Part shown: piece by piece, positions 21,273 through 32,115 of the stretch | Layout: every line of letters starts with the position of its first letter | How positions within the stretch are numbered: the first letter of the stretch is position 1 | Assembly: GCA_965214625.1 (NCBI GenBank) | Contig: OZ243962.1 | Coordinates: forward strand, 1,645,278-1,709,277 | Direction: 5' to 3' | Origin: Candidatus Poriferihabitaceae bacterium | GTDB lineage: Bacteria > Pseudomonadota > Gammaproteobacteria > Arenicellales > Poriferihabitantaceae | Length of the DNA stretch: 64,000 bases | Notes under the pieces: generated by a model | The model's database searches: none | Told to the model about the DNA's origin: nothing | Seen by the model: the letters and a program-made list of their open reading frames with translations, nothing else | Position numbers and translations under genes: made by a program

Positions 21273-22457
21273 ATGAAAATAATCAATTTGAAGACCTGGG
21301 TGGTGGGCAATCCACCGCCCCATTTTGGCGGAAAATACTTTATTTTCCTTAAACTGGTGACCGATACCGGTATCGAGGGGATCGGTGAAGTCTATGTGGC
21401 GACCTTCAGTCCCCATGTGGTCGTCAAGATGATCGAGGATGTGTATGGCCGGTATGTGCTTGATGCCGACCCGTTTAGAATAGAGAAGTTGTGGCGCAAT
21501 GTGTATGGCAGCGGTTACAACCTGCGGCCCGATGTGTCGCTGGTCGGGGTGCTCAGTGGACTTGAAACCGCCTGCTGGGACATCATCGGCAAGGCATTGG
21601 ACAAACCGATCTACGAACTGCTCGGCGGGCAGGTGCATCACCGGTTGCGCAGTTACACTTATCTCTATCCCAAAAAAGGTGACAAGTCGGATGTATACCT
21701 GGACCCGGAACTTGCCGCACAGCGTGCCGCAGAGTATGTCGAACAGGGTTTCACAGCGGTCAAGTTTGATCCGGCAGGCCCCTATACGGTTTATGACGGC
21801 CACCAGCCGACGCTGGACGATATTGACCGTTCAGTGCGCTTTGTCAGGCAAATCCGCGAAGCGGTGGGTACCCGGGCAGACATGTTGTTCGGCACGCACG
21901 GACAATTCACCGCGGCAGGCGCCATTCGCCTGGCCCGGTTTCTTGAGCCGTATGATCCGTTGTGGTTCGAAGAGCCGACGCCCCCCGAAAACCCGGCTGA
22001 GATGGCCCGGGTTGCTCGACAGACAACCATTCCGATTGCCACGGGAGAGCGGCTGACAACGAAATATGAATTTGCGAGGGTGCTGGAAAATCAAGCCGCC
22101 GCCATTTTGCAGATGGCGCTGGGCCGTGTGGGTGGTCTATTGGAGGCCAAGAAAATTGCCGGGATGGCGGAAACGTACTATGCCCAAATTGCCCCGCATC
22201 TGTATTGCGGTCCGGTCGAGGGGGCGGCCAACGTTCAGCTCGGCGCCTGCACCCCGAACTTCCTGATTCTTGAAAGCATCCTGACATGGGAAGGCTTCCA
22301 TGCCGAGATCCTGATCAAGCCGATGCAATGGGAGGCGGGGTATGTGATCCCGCCGAAAGAGCCCGGGCTCGGTGTTGAACTGAACGAGGCCGTCGCTGAG
22401 GCCCATCCCTATACGGGACACCGTCTACACCTGGAGATGCAGGATGTGGCGATCTAG
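21273..22457 (+). CDS. enolase-superfamily enzyme (mandelate racemase/muconate lactonizing family, galactonate-dehydratase-like)
   Basis: ORF 21210..22457. The likely start is MKIINLKTWVV. Motifs include GIEGIGEVY, KFDP, WFEEP and IATGER (metal-ligand contexts). Confidence 0.85.
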   Translation: MKIINLKTWVVGNPPPHFGGKYFIFLKLVTDTGIEGIGEVYVATFSPHVVVKMIEDVYGRYVLDADPFRIEKLWRNVYGSGYNLRPDVSLVGVLSGLETACWDIIGKALDKPIYELLGGQVHHRLRSYTYLYPKKGDKSDVYLDPELAAQRAAEYVEQGFTAVKFDPAGPYTVYDGHQPTLDDIDRSVRFVRQIREAVGTRADMLFGTHGQFTAAGAIRLARFLEPYDPLWFEEPTPPENPAEMARVARQTTIPIATGERLTTKYEFARVLENQAAAILQMALGRVGGLLEAKKIAGMAETYYAQIAPHLYCGPVEGAANVQLGACTPNFLILESILTWEGFHAEILIKPMQWEAGYVIPPKEPGLGVELNEAVAEAHPYTGHRLHLEMQDVAI

Positions 22458-22587
22458 CCGCTGGTCGACGGGGACTCGATTGGACAATGGAAGCCGGTCT
22501 GCCGCCATCTCGGTGTAGTCGCTGGCGTTGTGCGCCAGGGGCCGTCGTCGCTTGGACTGCGGCGCACAATGCAAAGCGATCCGGGCG

Positions 22588-23898
22588 TTAGAAAGTGGCG
22601 TTGGTTCCCAGATAAAGCCGGGTTTCCCCGTCACTGGAAAAACCCTTCGCCAGGTCCAGGCGGATGTCGGTATCGACAAAACGCCTCAGCTTCCATCGCA
22701 GGCCGATACCGACGGCATAGCGCAGGTCGGAAAGCCGGGCATCCTTGGTTGATTCCCAGGCATTCCCCACATCCAATAGCGTGGCGGCTCGCAAGGTCTC
22801 CTTGCCAAATATCGGCACGAGCCATTCTGCATTGAACAGGACGAAACTGTTTCCCTCAACAGAATCTCGTTTGTATCCCCGTAATGACCGGCTGCCCGTG
22901 ATGCCGAATTCGGGGGCGTGCAATATGGATCGCGTAATATAGCCGCCCCGAAGCTGTACATTAAGATTGGCGTGTTCCTTGTAGGGCAAGGGGATATACT
23001 TGCGATAAAAAGCGAGATGTTTGACAAAAGAGAATTCGGATCCGATGGTACTGGCGGCATAGGTCAGTTTATATCCGAAATGGTGCCCTTTTCGGCTCAA
23101 CAGCAGGTCGTGCACGTAATCGCCCTCAACGCCGATGACCAACGCGCTGATGGATGGACTGGGCAGCATTGCCGGGCTCCCGGAGCGGAATTCATGGTCG
23201 TAGCGTTCCCATCGGATGCCGCCTTGGAGCAACAGGCCCTGACTTGGGCCGGTGCGCTGGAGCCATTTCCCGAACAACGGTTCCAAGGAGAACTTTTTGC
23301 GTTCATAGAGACTGGGTCTGCCGCCTATCGTCTCTTCCAGGTTGGTGTCGTCAAACCGAAACTGGAGAGAAAAGGAATAGGGCGTTTGGGCAATGCGCGG
23401 ATAATCAAACGTCCATTCAAGCCGGGTCTCGTTCTTTTTGGCGGTGTCTTCAAAGGTCCGATAGGCAAAGGTCAATTTGGATCGCTGGTTGAGCCCCAGC
23501 AGATTGTCAGAATGCCAGACAATCCCTGTTGTGATGTCGCCGTCCCCGTTACGCGCAAGCTTGGGCAGGAGGAAGTCAAATATTTTTTCCTTGACAGTGA
23601 TCTTGGCGATAAAGCGCTGGTCATCCGCTGGAATCGCCTCTATCGTCACGTTTTCGAAAATCCCCAGGTCCTGCACCGCCTGCTCAGAGTGGGCCAAGAT
23701 CGCATCGGTGACACGGTCTCCAGGTGAAAAGGTCAGTTCCTGTAAAATGGTCACCGCTTGGGTCTTGTCGTTGCCGACGATTTCAATCTGATTGATTATC
23801 CCGATAACCGCGCCCCTGGCTGACATCGGAATAACGAGCAACAGAGCATAGACGAATACCGACTGTCTGATATACTTTGAGACGGATAAAAGCAACAC
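22588..23898 (-). CDS. Omp85/BamA-family outer-membrane protein (single POTRA plus surface-antigen beta-barrel)
   Basis: The 436-aa ORF has a signal peptide, a POTRA-like segment (IEIVGNDKTQAVTILQEL) and a beta-barrel ending in the aromatic ...GTNATF. Confidence 0.8.
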   Translation of the reverse strand: MLLLSVSKYIRQSVFVYALLLVIPMSARGAVIGIINQIEIVGNDKTQAVTILQELTFSPGDRVTDAILAHSEQAVQDLGIFENVTIEAIPADDQRFIAKITVKEKIFDFLLPKLARNGDGDITTGIVWHSDNLLGLNQRSKLTFAYRTFEDTAKKNETRLEWTFDYPRIAQTPYSFSLQFRFDDTNLEETIGGRPSLYERKKFSLEPLFGKWLQRTGPSQGLLLQGGIRWERYDHEFRSGSPAMLPSPSISALVIGVEGDYVHDLLLSRKGHHFGYKLTYAASTIGSEFSFVKHLAFYRKYIPLPYKEHANLNVQLRGGYITRSILHAPEFGITGSRSLRGYKRDSVEGNSFVLFNAEWLVPIFGKETLRAATLLDVGNAWESTKDARLSDLRYAVGIGLRWKLRRFVDTDIRLDLAKGFSSDGETRLYLGTNATF

Positions 23899-24117
23899 GT
23901 GTCTGTCAATAGGGTTGTTATGATTTGACGTCTGACAAGACTATCAGATATAGCGTACCATGTATCAGCGAGAATTAGTATTGGTCGCGGTGCCTGGTGA
24001 CCGCAATGCGCATCGGTTTTGTCATGCGGGTGATTAAACAAGCGGCAGGAAATCTTGGGGACGGCGCGAATACAACAACCGGCCTCATCCGTGAGCAGCC
24101 GACCCAACAACGAAATT

Positions 24118-24894
24118 ATGAAACTATCTGTTCGGTTAAGACCGGTGATTTTAATCGCCTTGATCGCGGTTGCGCTGACGGGTTGTGCCTCAAGTGGATT
24201 GAAGCCCCGCTCAGCCGGTGATGCACAAAGGGTGGCACAGGACCGTGACCCATTAGAAAAGTTCAATCGGAGCATCTTTGCGCTGAATCTCCAAACCGAC
24301 CAACACGTTCTCCAACCGGTTGCCCGCACCTATGTCACCGTGTTCCCCAAGCCGGTGAGAAACGGTATCAACCGTTTTTTCTCGAATCTATGGGAGCCGG
24401 TGACCATTGTGAATGACCTGCTGCAGGGGCGATTTGTGCAAGCGGGCCGGGACCTGTCGCGGTTTGTCATCAATTCGACCCTCGGGTTTGTGGGGCTCAA
24501 TGATGTTGCGACACCGCTTGATTTGCCGAAAAACAGGGAAGATTTTGGCCAGACCCTGGCGGTGTGGGGTGTCCCCTCGGGGCCCTATCTTGTTTTGCCG
24601 TTTTTCGGGTCGAGCAACGTGCGTGATGTGGCGGGACTCTCCCTCCGGTTCAGCCGGGCGGACGCCCTTCAGGCGATCGATGCGCCAGCACGCACCACGG
24701 TGGCCGTATTGCGGGTGATTGACAGTCGTTCCAGCGTGCTTGGCACAGAGGCGTTACTGGAAGTGCAACCCGACAAATATCTCTTCACGAGAGAAAATTA
24801 TCGACAAAGACGGCTCAACCTGATCCATAATGGGAGTCCACCGGCCAGCCAACAGGATTCGGATGACGAGTTGATTGATCAGGTGTTGGAGTGA
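24118..24894 (+). CDS. mlaA: MlaA/VacJ outer-membrane lipoprotein
   Basis: ORF 24055..24894. The start MKLSVRL... is followed by a lipobox (LTGCAS). DPLEKFNR, NDLLQG and GPYLVLPF are present. Confidence 0.9.
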   Translation: MKLSVRLRPVILIALIAVALTGCASSGLKPRSAGDAQRVAQDRDPLEKFNRSIFALNLQTDQHVLQPVARTYVTVFPKPVRNGINRFFSNLWEPVTIVNDLLQGRFVQAGRDLSRFVINSTLGFVGLNDVATPLDLPKNREDFGQTLAVWGVPSGPYLVLPFFGSSNVRDVAGLSLRFSRADALQAIDAPARTTVAVLRVIDSRSSVLGTEALLEVQPDKYLFTRENYRQRRLNLIHNGSPPASQQDSDDELIDQVLE

Positions 24895-24922
24895 GGATTT
24901 TTCGCAACCCATCCTAGGTATT

Positions 24923-25738
24923 ATGGCGGTTTACGCGATCGGTGATATTCAAGGCTGTGCGCTGCCGCTTGACAGGCTGCTGGATAAAATACGGTTCGAC
25001 ACGAGCAAGGATACACTGTGGCTGACCGGGGACCTGGTCAACAGGGGGCCACATTCGGTCTGGACGCTCAGGCTGATACGCAGCCTCGGAGGTAGCGCAG
25101 TCAGCGTGCTTGGAAACCATGACTTGCATCTTTTGGCCATTTCCGAAAGAAAGAAAAGACAGCGGGCCGGAGATACCCTGACCCCTATTTTGAGGGCCCA
25201 TGATCGTGATGAGTTGCTTGACTGGTTGCGTCATCGGCCGCTGGTACATTGTGATAAATCGCTACAGGCCATCATGGTGCATGCGGGTGTTTATCCCGGG
25301 TGGAGCAGAAAAAAGCTGCTCAAACATGCGGGCGAAGTGGAGCGGGTTATCCGGGGGCCGGATTACCGGGAATTTTTGACCAGAATGTATGGCCGAACCC
25401 CCCGAAAGTGGGATCCAGAAGTGCAGGGGTGGGGCCGACTCCGGCTGATCACCAATATCCTCACGCGGATGCGCTATTGTGATCGGAAAGGCAATTTGAA
25501 TTTTGTCCAAAAGGGCCCGGAAGGCCGCCAGCCGAAACGGTATATTCCTTGGTATAAGCATCCCGATCTGAAATGCCGGAAATGGCGGATTGTCTTCGGC
25601 CACTGGTCAGCACAGGGGTTTTTCTGCAGAAAAAACATCATTTCACTGGACAGTGGCTGTGTCTGGGGCGGCAAATTGACGGCGATCCGGTTGGATGGAA
25701 TCAAGGCCGGCCGTTATTGGCAGATCAAATGCGGTTAA
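24923..25738 (+). CDS. apaH: bis(5'-nucleosyl)-tetraphosphatase, symmetrical
   Basis: ORF 24875..25738. The start MAVYAIGDIQGC matches ApaH. GDLVNRGP and GNHD metallophosphatase motifs are present. Confidence 0.9.
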   Translation: MAVYAIGDIQGCALPLDRLLDKIRFDTSKDTLWLTGDLVNRGPHSVWTLRLIRSLGGSAVSVLGNHDLHLLAISERKKRQRAGDTLTPILRAHDRDELLDWLRHRPLVHCDKSLQAIMVHAGVYPGWSRKKLLKHAGEVERVIRGPDYREFLTRMYGRTPRKWDPEVQGWGRLRLITNILTRMRYCDRKGNLNFVQKGPEGRQPKRYIPWYKHPDLKCRKWRIVFGHWSAQGFFCRKNIISLDSGCVWGGKLTAIRLDGIKAGRYWQIKCG

Positions 25739-26001
25739 CCATCCGGGGGCGGCGCTTTGCCAGTGAAACACGGACACAGTGTTATTTGTCGCCCAACTGC
25801 GCTAGGATTTATGGTGTAGACCCTGTCAGGGATCGGTGCGGCCGATGAAAGCCACCGCTTTCACGGAGGCGCAGAGCACCCGGACGGTGGGTCGATTTCC
25901 CTTTTCCGTCCCATGCTGCGGAGCAAGGGATGTTTGCCCGGGTGTCCGCGACGGCACGGACAGGAAGACAGATTCGTTAACGCAATGCATAAAAACAGTC
26001 A

Positions 26002-27291
26002 ATGACGTCATATATTGATCGATTATTCGAATTTTTAGCCCGATCACCCACGCCGTATCATGCGGTTTCGAATATTCAGTCGCGCCTTCAGGCAGCGGGT
26101 TTCCAAGGGCTCCGGGAAGGGCACTCTTGGGGAAAATTAAATCCCGGCAGGTACTATGTGACACGGAATGATTCCTCATTAATTGCGATCAAACTGAATC
26201 AACCGGTTGAAGAGAAGGGATTCAGATTGATCGGCGCGCACACCGACAGCCCCTGTCTCAAAATCAAACCGAATGCGGTATCAATCAGCCATGGTTACGC
26301 CCGACTGGGTGTGGAGGTTTATGGGAGCGCATCGCTCCATCCCTGGTTTGATCGGGATTTGGCGATGGCAGGACGCATCACTTTACGCACCCGCACCGGG
26401 AAAATTGAAAATCGATTGATCAATATCGATCGGCCGATTGCGTTTATTCCGAGCCTGGCCATACATCTTGACCGGGATGGGACTGAAAGGCGCAATATCA
26501 ACAAACAAAAGCATTTGCCACCGGTGATATGTCGTTGTGATGACGATACGATGTCATTTTCAGCCGTGTTGGAAAACCAGCTGCGGCGAGAGTATCCGGA
26601 GATCCGGATTGATCAGGTGCTCGCTTTCGAACTGTCCTTGTATGACCATCAGCCCGCTGCCCGGGTCGGACTGAATCAGGAATTTATCGTTTCGGCCCGA
26701 CTCGACAATCTGCTCAGTTGTCATGCCGCAACGGACGCGATTATCGGTGCGAACGAAAGCAGCAACCAGGTCTTGGTGCTCAATGACCATGAAGAAGTGG
26801 GCAGCGGGTCCACCAGTGGTGCCGACGGGCCGTTTTTGCTGTCCGTGCTAAGACGGCTGTGTGAAACCGAAGAAACCCTGCAACGGGCATTGAGCCATTC
26901 GATGATGGTCTCTGCGGATAATGCGCATGGTGTCCACCCGAATTATGCGGAGCTGCATGAACCGAAGCATCAGCCACTGATCAACAAGGGGCCGGTCATC
27001 AAGCTCAACAGCAATCAGCGCTATGCGACCAACAGTGAAACCGAAGGGCTTTTCAAGCAGGTGTGTCAACACCAGCAGCTGCCTTACCAGGAGGTCGTGG
27101 TGCGTTCGGATATGGGATGCGGTTCAACCATCGGCCCGATCACGGCCACCCGGCTTGGTGTGAGAACCGTCGACATCGGTGTTCCGCAGCTTGGCATGCA
27201 CTCCATCAGGGAATTGGCGGGTATCGAAGATCAGGTGATCTTGCGGTCGGCGATGACCGGGTTTTATCAATTGACCGATTGGCCATTTTGA
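26002..27291 (+). CDS. apeB: M18-family aminopeptidase (aspartyl aminopeptidase-like)
   Basis: The 429-aa ORF shows SPTPYHAV, GAHTDSPCLK, NHEEVGS and HSIRE. Confidence 0.85.
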   Translation: MTSYIDRLFEFLARSPTPYHAVSNIQSRLQAAGFQGLREGHSWGKLNPGRYYVTRNDSSLIAIKLNQPVEEKGFRLIGAHTDSPCLKIKPNAVSISHGYARLGVEVYGSASLHPWFDRDLAMAGRITLRTRTGKIENRLINIDRPIAFIPSLAIHLDRDGTERRNINKQKHLPPVICRCDDDTMSFSAVLENQLRREYPEIRIDQVLAFELSLYDHQPAARVGLNQEFIVSARLDNLLSCHAATDAIIGANESSNQVLVLNDHEEVGSGSTSGADGPFLLSVLRRLCETEETLQRALSHSMMVSADNAHGVHPNYAELHEPKHQPLINKGPVIKLNSNQRYATNSETEGLFKQVCQHQQLPYQEVVVRSDMGCGSTIGPITATRLGVRTVDIGVPQLGMHSIRELAGIEDQVILRSAMTGFYQLTDWPF

Positions 27292-27388
27292 AGACGGGGT
27301 TGCACCCACAAGCGGCCCCGGCGGTGGTTGAAACAGCACGCGTGTTGTGACCATAACCTGCGGTCGGCCTGCCGGACCGCCCGGGTTG

Positions 27389-28552
27389 TCACCGCTCGCT
27401 TCGCCGGTCAAACAAGACGGATATCCCAAGGCCAAAGGCCAGGCCCCAGAAGGGTGATCCGATATTCCACAAGCTGATACCTGACACGGTCACCAGAAAA
27501 GTGGTGAGCGCGGCCATCGTATGGCGCCCGGTAAAAGCGGAGACAAAGGCACCCTCGAGCACTTTGAACACCGCCAGTCCACCGAGCACAGCGATATACG
27601 ACAACGGCAATTTCAGCGCCAGCCAAACCATGAAGCTGCTAAACAGCCCGAAGGTGATTGCAAGGACTCCATAGGTTATACCGCCGACATATTGAACTTC
27701 TTTCGCACCGGAACTGGCCAAAATGGCATTCGCAGGCCCGGTCACGCACATGCTGACTGAGCCGACCAAACCAAGTAACAGCGATCCCGTGCCACAGGCA
27801 GTCGTCATCGAATTGGTCGGCGGTTTGTGACCCGCATGACCCAAGACCGCGAATCCCTGTCCGTTTTGCACCATCAATACGGTAATCGACAGCGGAATGA
27901 CAAGTTCAATGATCGCCTGCAATGAAAACTGTGGCACGAAGATCACGGGCACGGTGATAAAAGCCATCGGCGCCGAGGTTGCCTTGAAAGAACCGGTCAG
28001 CATGACCATGACGGCGCCGATCAGCAAGGCGGCGAGAATGGGCGGAACGAATCGCTGCAGGCGAACTGACAGGGCGCAGCACACATACCCGACCACCATG
28101 CTGCTCGCAATCAAGGCGGAGTCACTGAAAGCGTCGATCAGTTTCAATCCAAACTCGACGAATATCCCGGCCACCATCGCCATCACGATGGAGTGCGGCA
28201 CCCACGCCATGATGCGCTGCATCCAGCCGCTCAGGCCGATCAATGCGATCACGAGTGCGGTCACAAGAAAAGCACTGACAACCTGCTCGAATTGCAGATG
28301 GTCCAGCGCAGATAAAAGCAGCACCGTACCGGGAATGGTCCAGGCAAAGGTCAATGGCTGTCGATAATGGAGGCTGTAATACAGCGTGTACAGGCCGGTA
28401 ATCGCAAAACCACCAAACAGCCACGAAGCGATGTGTCGGTCCGACAAGCCGGTTGCCTCAGCAACAGTGATAATAATGGCCACCGGGCCGGTGCACGAAA
28501 AGAGAAATGCGGTCACCCCATTGACCGTGGCGTTCACTTTTTCCGTTGTCAT
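27389..28552 (-). CDS. BenE-family (benzoate/H+ symporter-like) membrane transporter
   Basis: ORF 27389..28690. The likely start is MTTEKVNAT at 28552. The polytopic protein has the BenE-like C-terminal block FLVTVSGISLWNIGSPFWGL. Confidence 0.75.
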   Translation of the reverse strand: MTTEKVNATVNGVTAFLFSCTGPVAIIITVAEATGLSDRHIASWLFGGFAITGLYTLYYSLHYRQPLTFAWTIPGTVLLLSALDHLQFEQVVSAFLVTALVIALIGLSGWMQRIMAWVPHSIVMAMVAGIFVEFGLKLIDAFSDSALIASSMVVGYVCCALSVRLQRFVPPILAALLIGAVMVMLTGSFKATSAPMAFITVPVIFVPQFSLQAIIELVIPLSITVLMVQNGQGFAVLGHAGHKPPTNSMTTACGTGSLLLGLVGSVSMCVTGPANAILASSGAKEVQYVGGITYGVLAITFGLFSSFMVWLALKLPLSYIAVLGGLAVFKVLEGAFVSAFTGRHTMAALTTFLVTVSGISLWNIGSPFWGLAFGLGISVLFDRRSER

Positions 28553-28721
28553 GGGCCGCGGCCTGTTGCGGCTGTCAGCAACGCTTGGCGGAGGGGACCG
28601 TACAGCGCATACACGGTCCAGCCAAGCAGGCATCCGACCTTCCCCGATCGGCAAAAAACAAGATCCCCGGTTTCCACATTCAACGGACAAACCGCATCAT
28701 CAGACAAACCCGTCTCGCCAT

Positions 28722-29942
28722 TTATTCAGGCGGATGGGGATGCGATGCAAAGCGGTGCGTCATGGTCAGTATCATCGCACCGGCCGCCACGGCGGCGGCA
28801 AACAAGAAAGCGTAGCGAAGGTCGGCCTGGCCCGCCAGCCCGGCCAGCAGCGCCCCGAGGGCCCCGACGCCGTCCATCATCGCAAACGCAAAGCCCAATG
28901 TCGTCGTGGCCCGGTGGTCAGAGACATCGACCATCGCGGCAAGCAATACCGCCCGGATACCCACCAAGGCGCCGAGTGACAAGACAAACAGCGGAATCAG
29001 CCAGACCAACGACGCAACATAACTGGCGCCCGCCAAAAAGAGCGCGGCCAGCAACAGTCCGATTACCGTGATCGGTTTTCGACCCATGGCATCCGACAGA
29101 CGGCCCAAGACGGGTTGCACCAGCGCCCCCGCGATCCATATGACGGCAAACAGCAAACCGGTCTGTGCAAAAGACAAGCCATGTGTCTGCTGGACGTAAA
29201 GCGGCATCATGGCCATGGCCCCCATCAGCGACATGTTGTAAAGCACAATGATCGCAACGGTCCGCAGACTGCCCGGGCGCAGCCAGATGTCCAGCATCAA
29301 TTTCAGGTCCTGCCGGGTCATGCTGGTTTCTTGGGACAGTGGAACCCAGTGCCGAAACCGCAGGAAAAGGAAGGCCATGATCAATGCGGGCACGGCAGAG
29401 AGCTGCAAAACGGTTTGCCATTGGAAATACCCGAGCAGTATCCCGGCACACAGCGGAGCACCGACCTCGGCCAGTGTCCCGCCCAGCGCATGGATTCCGA
29501 GCACCTGGGCCCGTCGGTTTGGCATTTGACGGACCATTGCCCCGGTTGCCAGGGGATGCCAGGCGGCATCTCCCAGACCGGCGATGCCCAATAAAATCGC
29601 AACCACCCAAAAATTCGAGGTTTCAGCGGCGATCACATAACCGATGGCCACCCACCAGAAAGTCATTGCCAGCAAATTGCCCCGGTTGCGAAAACAGTCA
29701 CCAATCAATCCTGCCGGGAAATAGCCCAAGCTGCCTCCGGCGCTGTGAATGGTGATCAGCAGTCCCACTTCAACCGGGCTTAAACCCATCGAGATGGCCA
29801 TCGCAGGGGCGAGCAACCAAAGCGCGGCGCCCGGCCAATCGTTCACCAGATGACCGATCGGAAAGACGATCAGCATAAACCGATTGGTTTTTGAACGGGC
29901 CAGGTTGTTTTTAGGCGCTTGTGCAGTGACCGAGAGGCTCAC
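28722..29942 (-). CDS. MFS transporter
   Basis: The 406-aa ORF has a 12-TM-like hydrophobicity pattern and an MFS loop motif (GRLSDAMGRKP). Confidence 0.8.
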   Translation of the reverse strand: MSLSVTAQAPKNNLARSKTNRFMLIVFPIGHLVNDWPGAALWLLAPAMAISMGLSPVEVGLLITIHSAGGSLGYFPAGLIGDCFRNRGNLLAMTFWWVAIGYVIAAETSNFWVVAILLGIAGLGDAAWHPLATGAMVRQMPNRRAQVLGIHALGGTLAEVGAPLCAGILLGYFQWQTVLQLSAVPALIMAFLFLRFRHWVPLSQETSMTRQDLKLMLDIWLRPGSLRTVAIIVLYNMSLMGAMAMMPLYVQQTHGLSFAQTGLLFAVIWIAGALVQPVLGRLSDAMGRKPITVIGLLLAALFLAGASYVASLVWLIPLFVLSLGALVGIRAVLLAAMVDVSDHRATTTLGFAFAMMDGVGALGALLAGLAGQADLRYAFLFAAAVAAGAMILTMTHRFASHPHPPE

Positions 29943-30274
29943 ATGTTCACCGGGTTTTCAATTCAACGATAGAGCCGGCATAGTATCATACGTGATGTCA
30001 TGGGCCACACCAGGACCGGCCTGATTTTGAAACATCGCCGAATGGCCGCGCTTTGGGACGTCGCTGTGTTCCCGTCGGATTCCCCCGGGCCACGGAGGTC
30101 GCGACGGCAACCGCCGCATGCGCCATGGTTGGGGTAGTGTTTTATCACCAGGAAACAAAGCACCCGTCGAGCCCGACTGGTGCCCTGCGGCGCTTGTCAT
30201 GGGAAGGATTGGATGGCATGCTGTCTTGCGATAGTCAGACAGCCCAAGCAATTAACCACCTGTCGTATTGTACA

Positions 30275-31114
30275 ATGACTGAGACGCACGCATTATCCGA
30301 CCGGGAATGGATAGAGACGCCATTGAAATATCTGGCCAACCGTGACGGCCGGGCAGGGTATGTGGCGTCCACCGGCGGCGGTGACATCACCGAACATCAG
30401 GGGCAGTACCGCACGGTCACGGTGCCCATATACAATGCCCGGCTCGAAAACAAGCAATTCAGCCTGGATGAGGAAGGCTTTATGCTGGCGGATCATCACA
30501 GCGCGGTGGCTGATTTTTACAGCGATGCGGAAATCACGGAGCTCTATGAACCGGAAATCAACACACTCTTGCGTGAGAAGACCGGGGCACAACGCATCGA
30601 AATTTTTGATCACACACGACGCGCTTCCTCGATTGAGGTGCAAAAGAAACGGATGATACGCGAGCCGGCGTCGATTATTCACAATGACTACAGCGCCCGC
30701 TCAGCCCCCAATCGCCTGCGGGACCACTGTCGGAACAGGCCCGATGCGTTCGAATCGCTGATGAAAAGACGCTTTGCCATTGTCAATGTGTGGCGCTCGA
30801 TCGCCGGCGAAGTCGTGGTTGCGCCGTTAACGTTTTGCGATGCATCCAGTACGTGTGATGAAGACCTCGTTCCGGTCACACGACAGGCCAAGGATCGTGT
30901 CGGGGAAATTCAACTGGCGACCCATAACCCTTCTCATTGCTGGTACTACTTCCCCAGGATGCAGCCATCGGAAGTCGCGCTGTTCAAGACCTACGACTCC
31001 GAAACGAACGGGAAAGCGCGATTTACACTGCATACTGCGTTCGATGATCCGGCGGCGCCATTGGAAGCGCCGCCCAGAGAAAGCATCGAAACGCGTTGTT
31101 TCGTTTTTTTCTGA
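30275..31114 (+). CDS. CmcJ/NvfI-family oxidoreductase (non-haem iron oxygenase-like)
   Basis: ORF 30053..31114. The likely start is MTETHAL at 30275. IIHNDYS...FAIVNVWRSI...HTAF resembles the CmcJ-type family as I recall it. Confidence 0.65.
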   Translation: MTETHALSDREWIETPLKYLANRDGRAGYVASTGGGDITEHQGQYRTVTVPIYNARLENKQFSLDEEGFMLADHHSAVADFYSDAEITELYEPEINTLLREKTGAQRIEIFDHTRRASSIEVQKKRMIREPASIIHNDYSARSAPNRLRDHCRNRPDAFESLMKRRFAIVNVWRSIAGEVVVAPLTFCDASSTCDEDLVPVTRQAKDRVGEIQLATHNPSHCWYYFPRMQPSEVALFKTYDSETNGKARFTLHTAFDDPAAPLEAPPRESIETRCFVFF

Positions 31115-31263
31115 AACGCGTTGCGTCATGTCGGGTTATCGCTCGCACGGCAATGCATTCACCCGCGCTTTGGCGGTTGGGACAAGGAGGGCACATTGCA
31201 TTGGCCCGTTTCTGCGAGGCGGCAGGTTGCCTGTGGGATTGAACCAGACCGGACAGTGTCCAG

Positions 31264-32103
31264 ATGAGCCGGATTGACCACAACGGAACGGTTTATCAAC
31301 TGACAGGCCCCACCGACGCGCCGGTCATGGTGCTTGTTCATGGGCTCGGTTTAAATCGGTTGCTCTGGAAATGGCATGTCCCTGCCCTCGCGAGGCATTA
31401 TCGGGTTCTCACCTTTGATTTGTTTGGGCATGGCGAGAGTGCGGCGGCGCCTTCAGAGCCGAGTCTGACACTGTTTTCGACACAGCTTCGGGCATTGCTC
31501 GATGAACTCGGTATCCAGAAATGCACGGTGGTGGGTTTTTCACTCGGCGGCATGATCAATCGTAGATTTGCACTGGATTACCCGCGCCGTGTTCAGGCCC
31601 TTGTGATTTTGAATTCGCCTCATAGACGCAGCCCCGAGGCCCAAAGAAGGGTAGAAAAACGCGCCATGCAGACCGCAAATGAGGGGTTAACGGCAACACT
31701 GGAAAGGACACTGGCACGCTGGTTTACGCCCGATTTCAGAGCAACTCATCGCGATACCGTGCGCTTGGTCTGTCACTGGATGACCGCCAATAACCCTGAA
31801 ATCATCGCGAAATGCCGCAACGTGCTTGCCACAGGGGTGGGTGAACTGGTTCGCCCATCGGGCACACTTGACCAACCTGCCCTGGTGATGACCTGTGAGC
31901 ATGACCGGGGCAGCACGCCACAAATGGCCTATGCCATTGCGGCTGAAATTCCCGGGGCAACCACCCTCGTGCTTCCCCGGCTGCAGCACATGGGGTTAGT
32001 GGAACAGCCACACCGGTTTACCCAGCCAATCATTGAATTTCTCAACCGGATACACCAAATCGACGACACCCTGTTGTCGAACACCCGGGCGGGCCGAAAT
32101 TAA
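31264..32103 (+). CDS. alpha/beta-fold hydrolase (enol-lactonase/esterase-like)
   Basis: The 279-aa ORF shows VLVHGLG (oxyanion region) and GFSLGG (nucleophile elbow). Confidence 0.85.
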   Translation: MSRIDHNGTVYQLTGPTDAPVMVLVHGLGLNRLLWKWHVPALARHYRVLTFDLFGHGESAAAPSEPSLTLFSTQLRALLDELGIQKCTVVGFSLGGMINRRFALDYPRRVQALVILNSPHRRSPEAQRRVEKRAMQTANEGLTATLERTLARWFTPDFRATHRDTVRLVCHWMTANNPEIIAKCRNVLATGVGELVRPSGTLDQPALVMTCEHDRGSTPQMAYAIAAEIPGATTLVLPRLQHMGLVEQPHRFTQPIIEFLNRIHQIDDTLLSNTRAGRN

Positions 32104-32115
32104 AAGGAGGCAACC

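Noticed and set aside
25739-26001. A 260-bp apaH-apeB spacer containing a half parS-like GTGAAACA and a GGACGG/CCGTCC hairpin
   Set aside because: Only half of the parS palindrome is present, so it is not a ParB site. The hairpin has a 19-nt loop and no U-tract. Nothing goes beyond an ordinary promoter region.
30053-30274. Long N-terminal extensions offered by the ORF track (for example 30053 for the CmcJ-like gene, 28690 for BenE, 17200 for DegP, 21210 for the enolase-family gene, 3778 for gyrB)
   Set aside because: The extensions are Arg/Pro-rich or lack similarity to family N-termini. Internal starts reproduce canonical N-termini or signal peptides, so the shorter models were reported.
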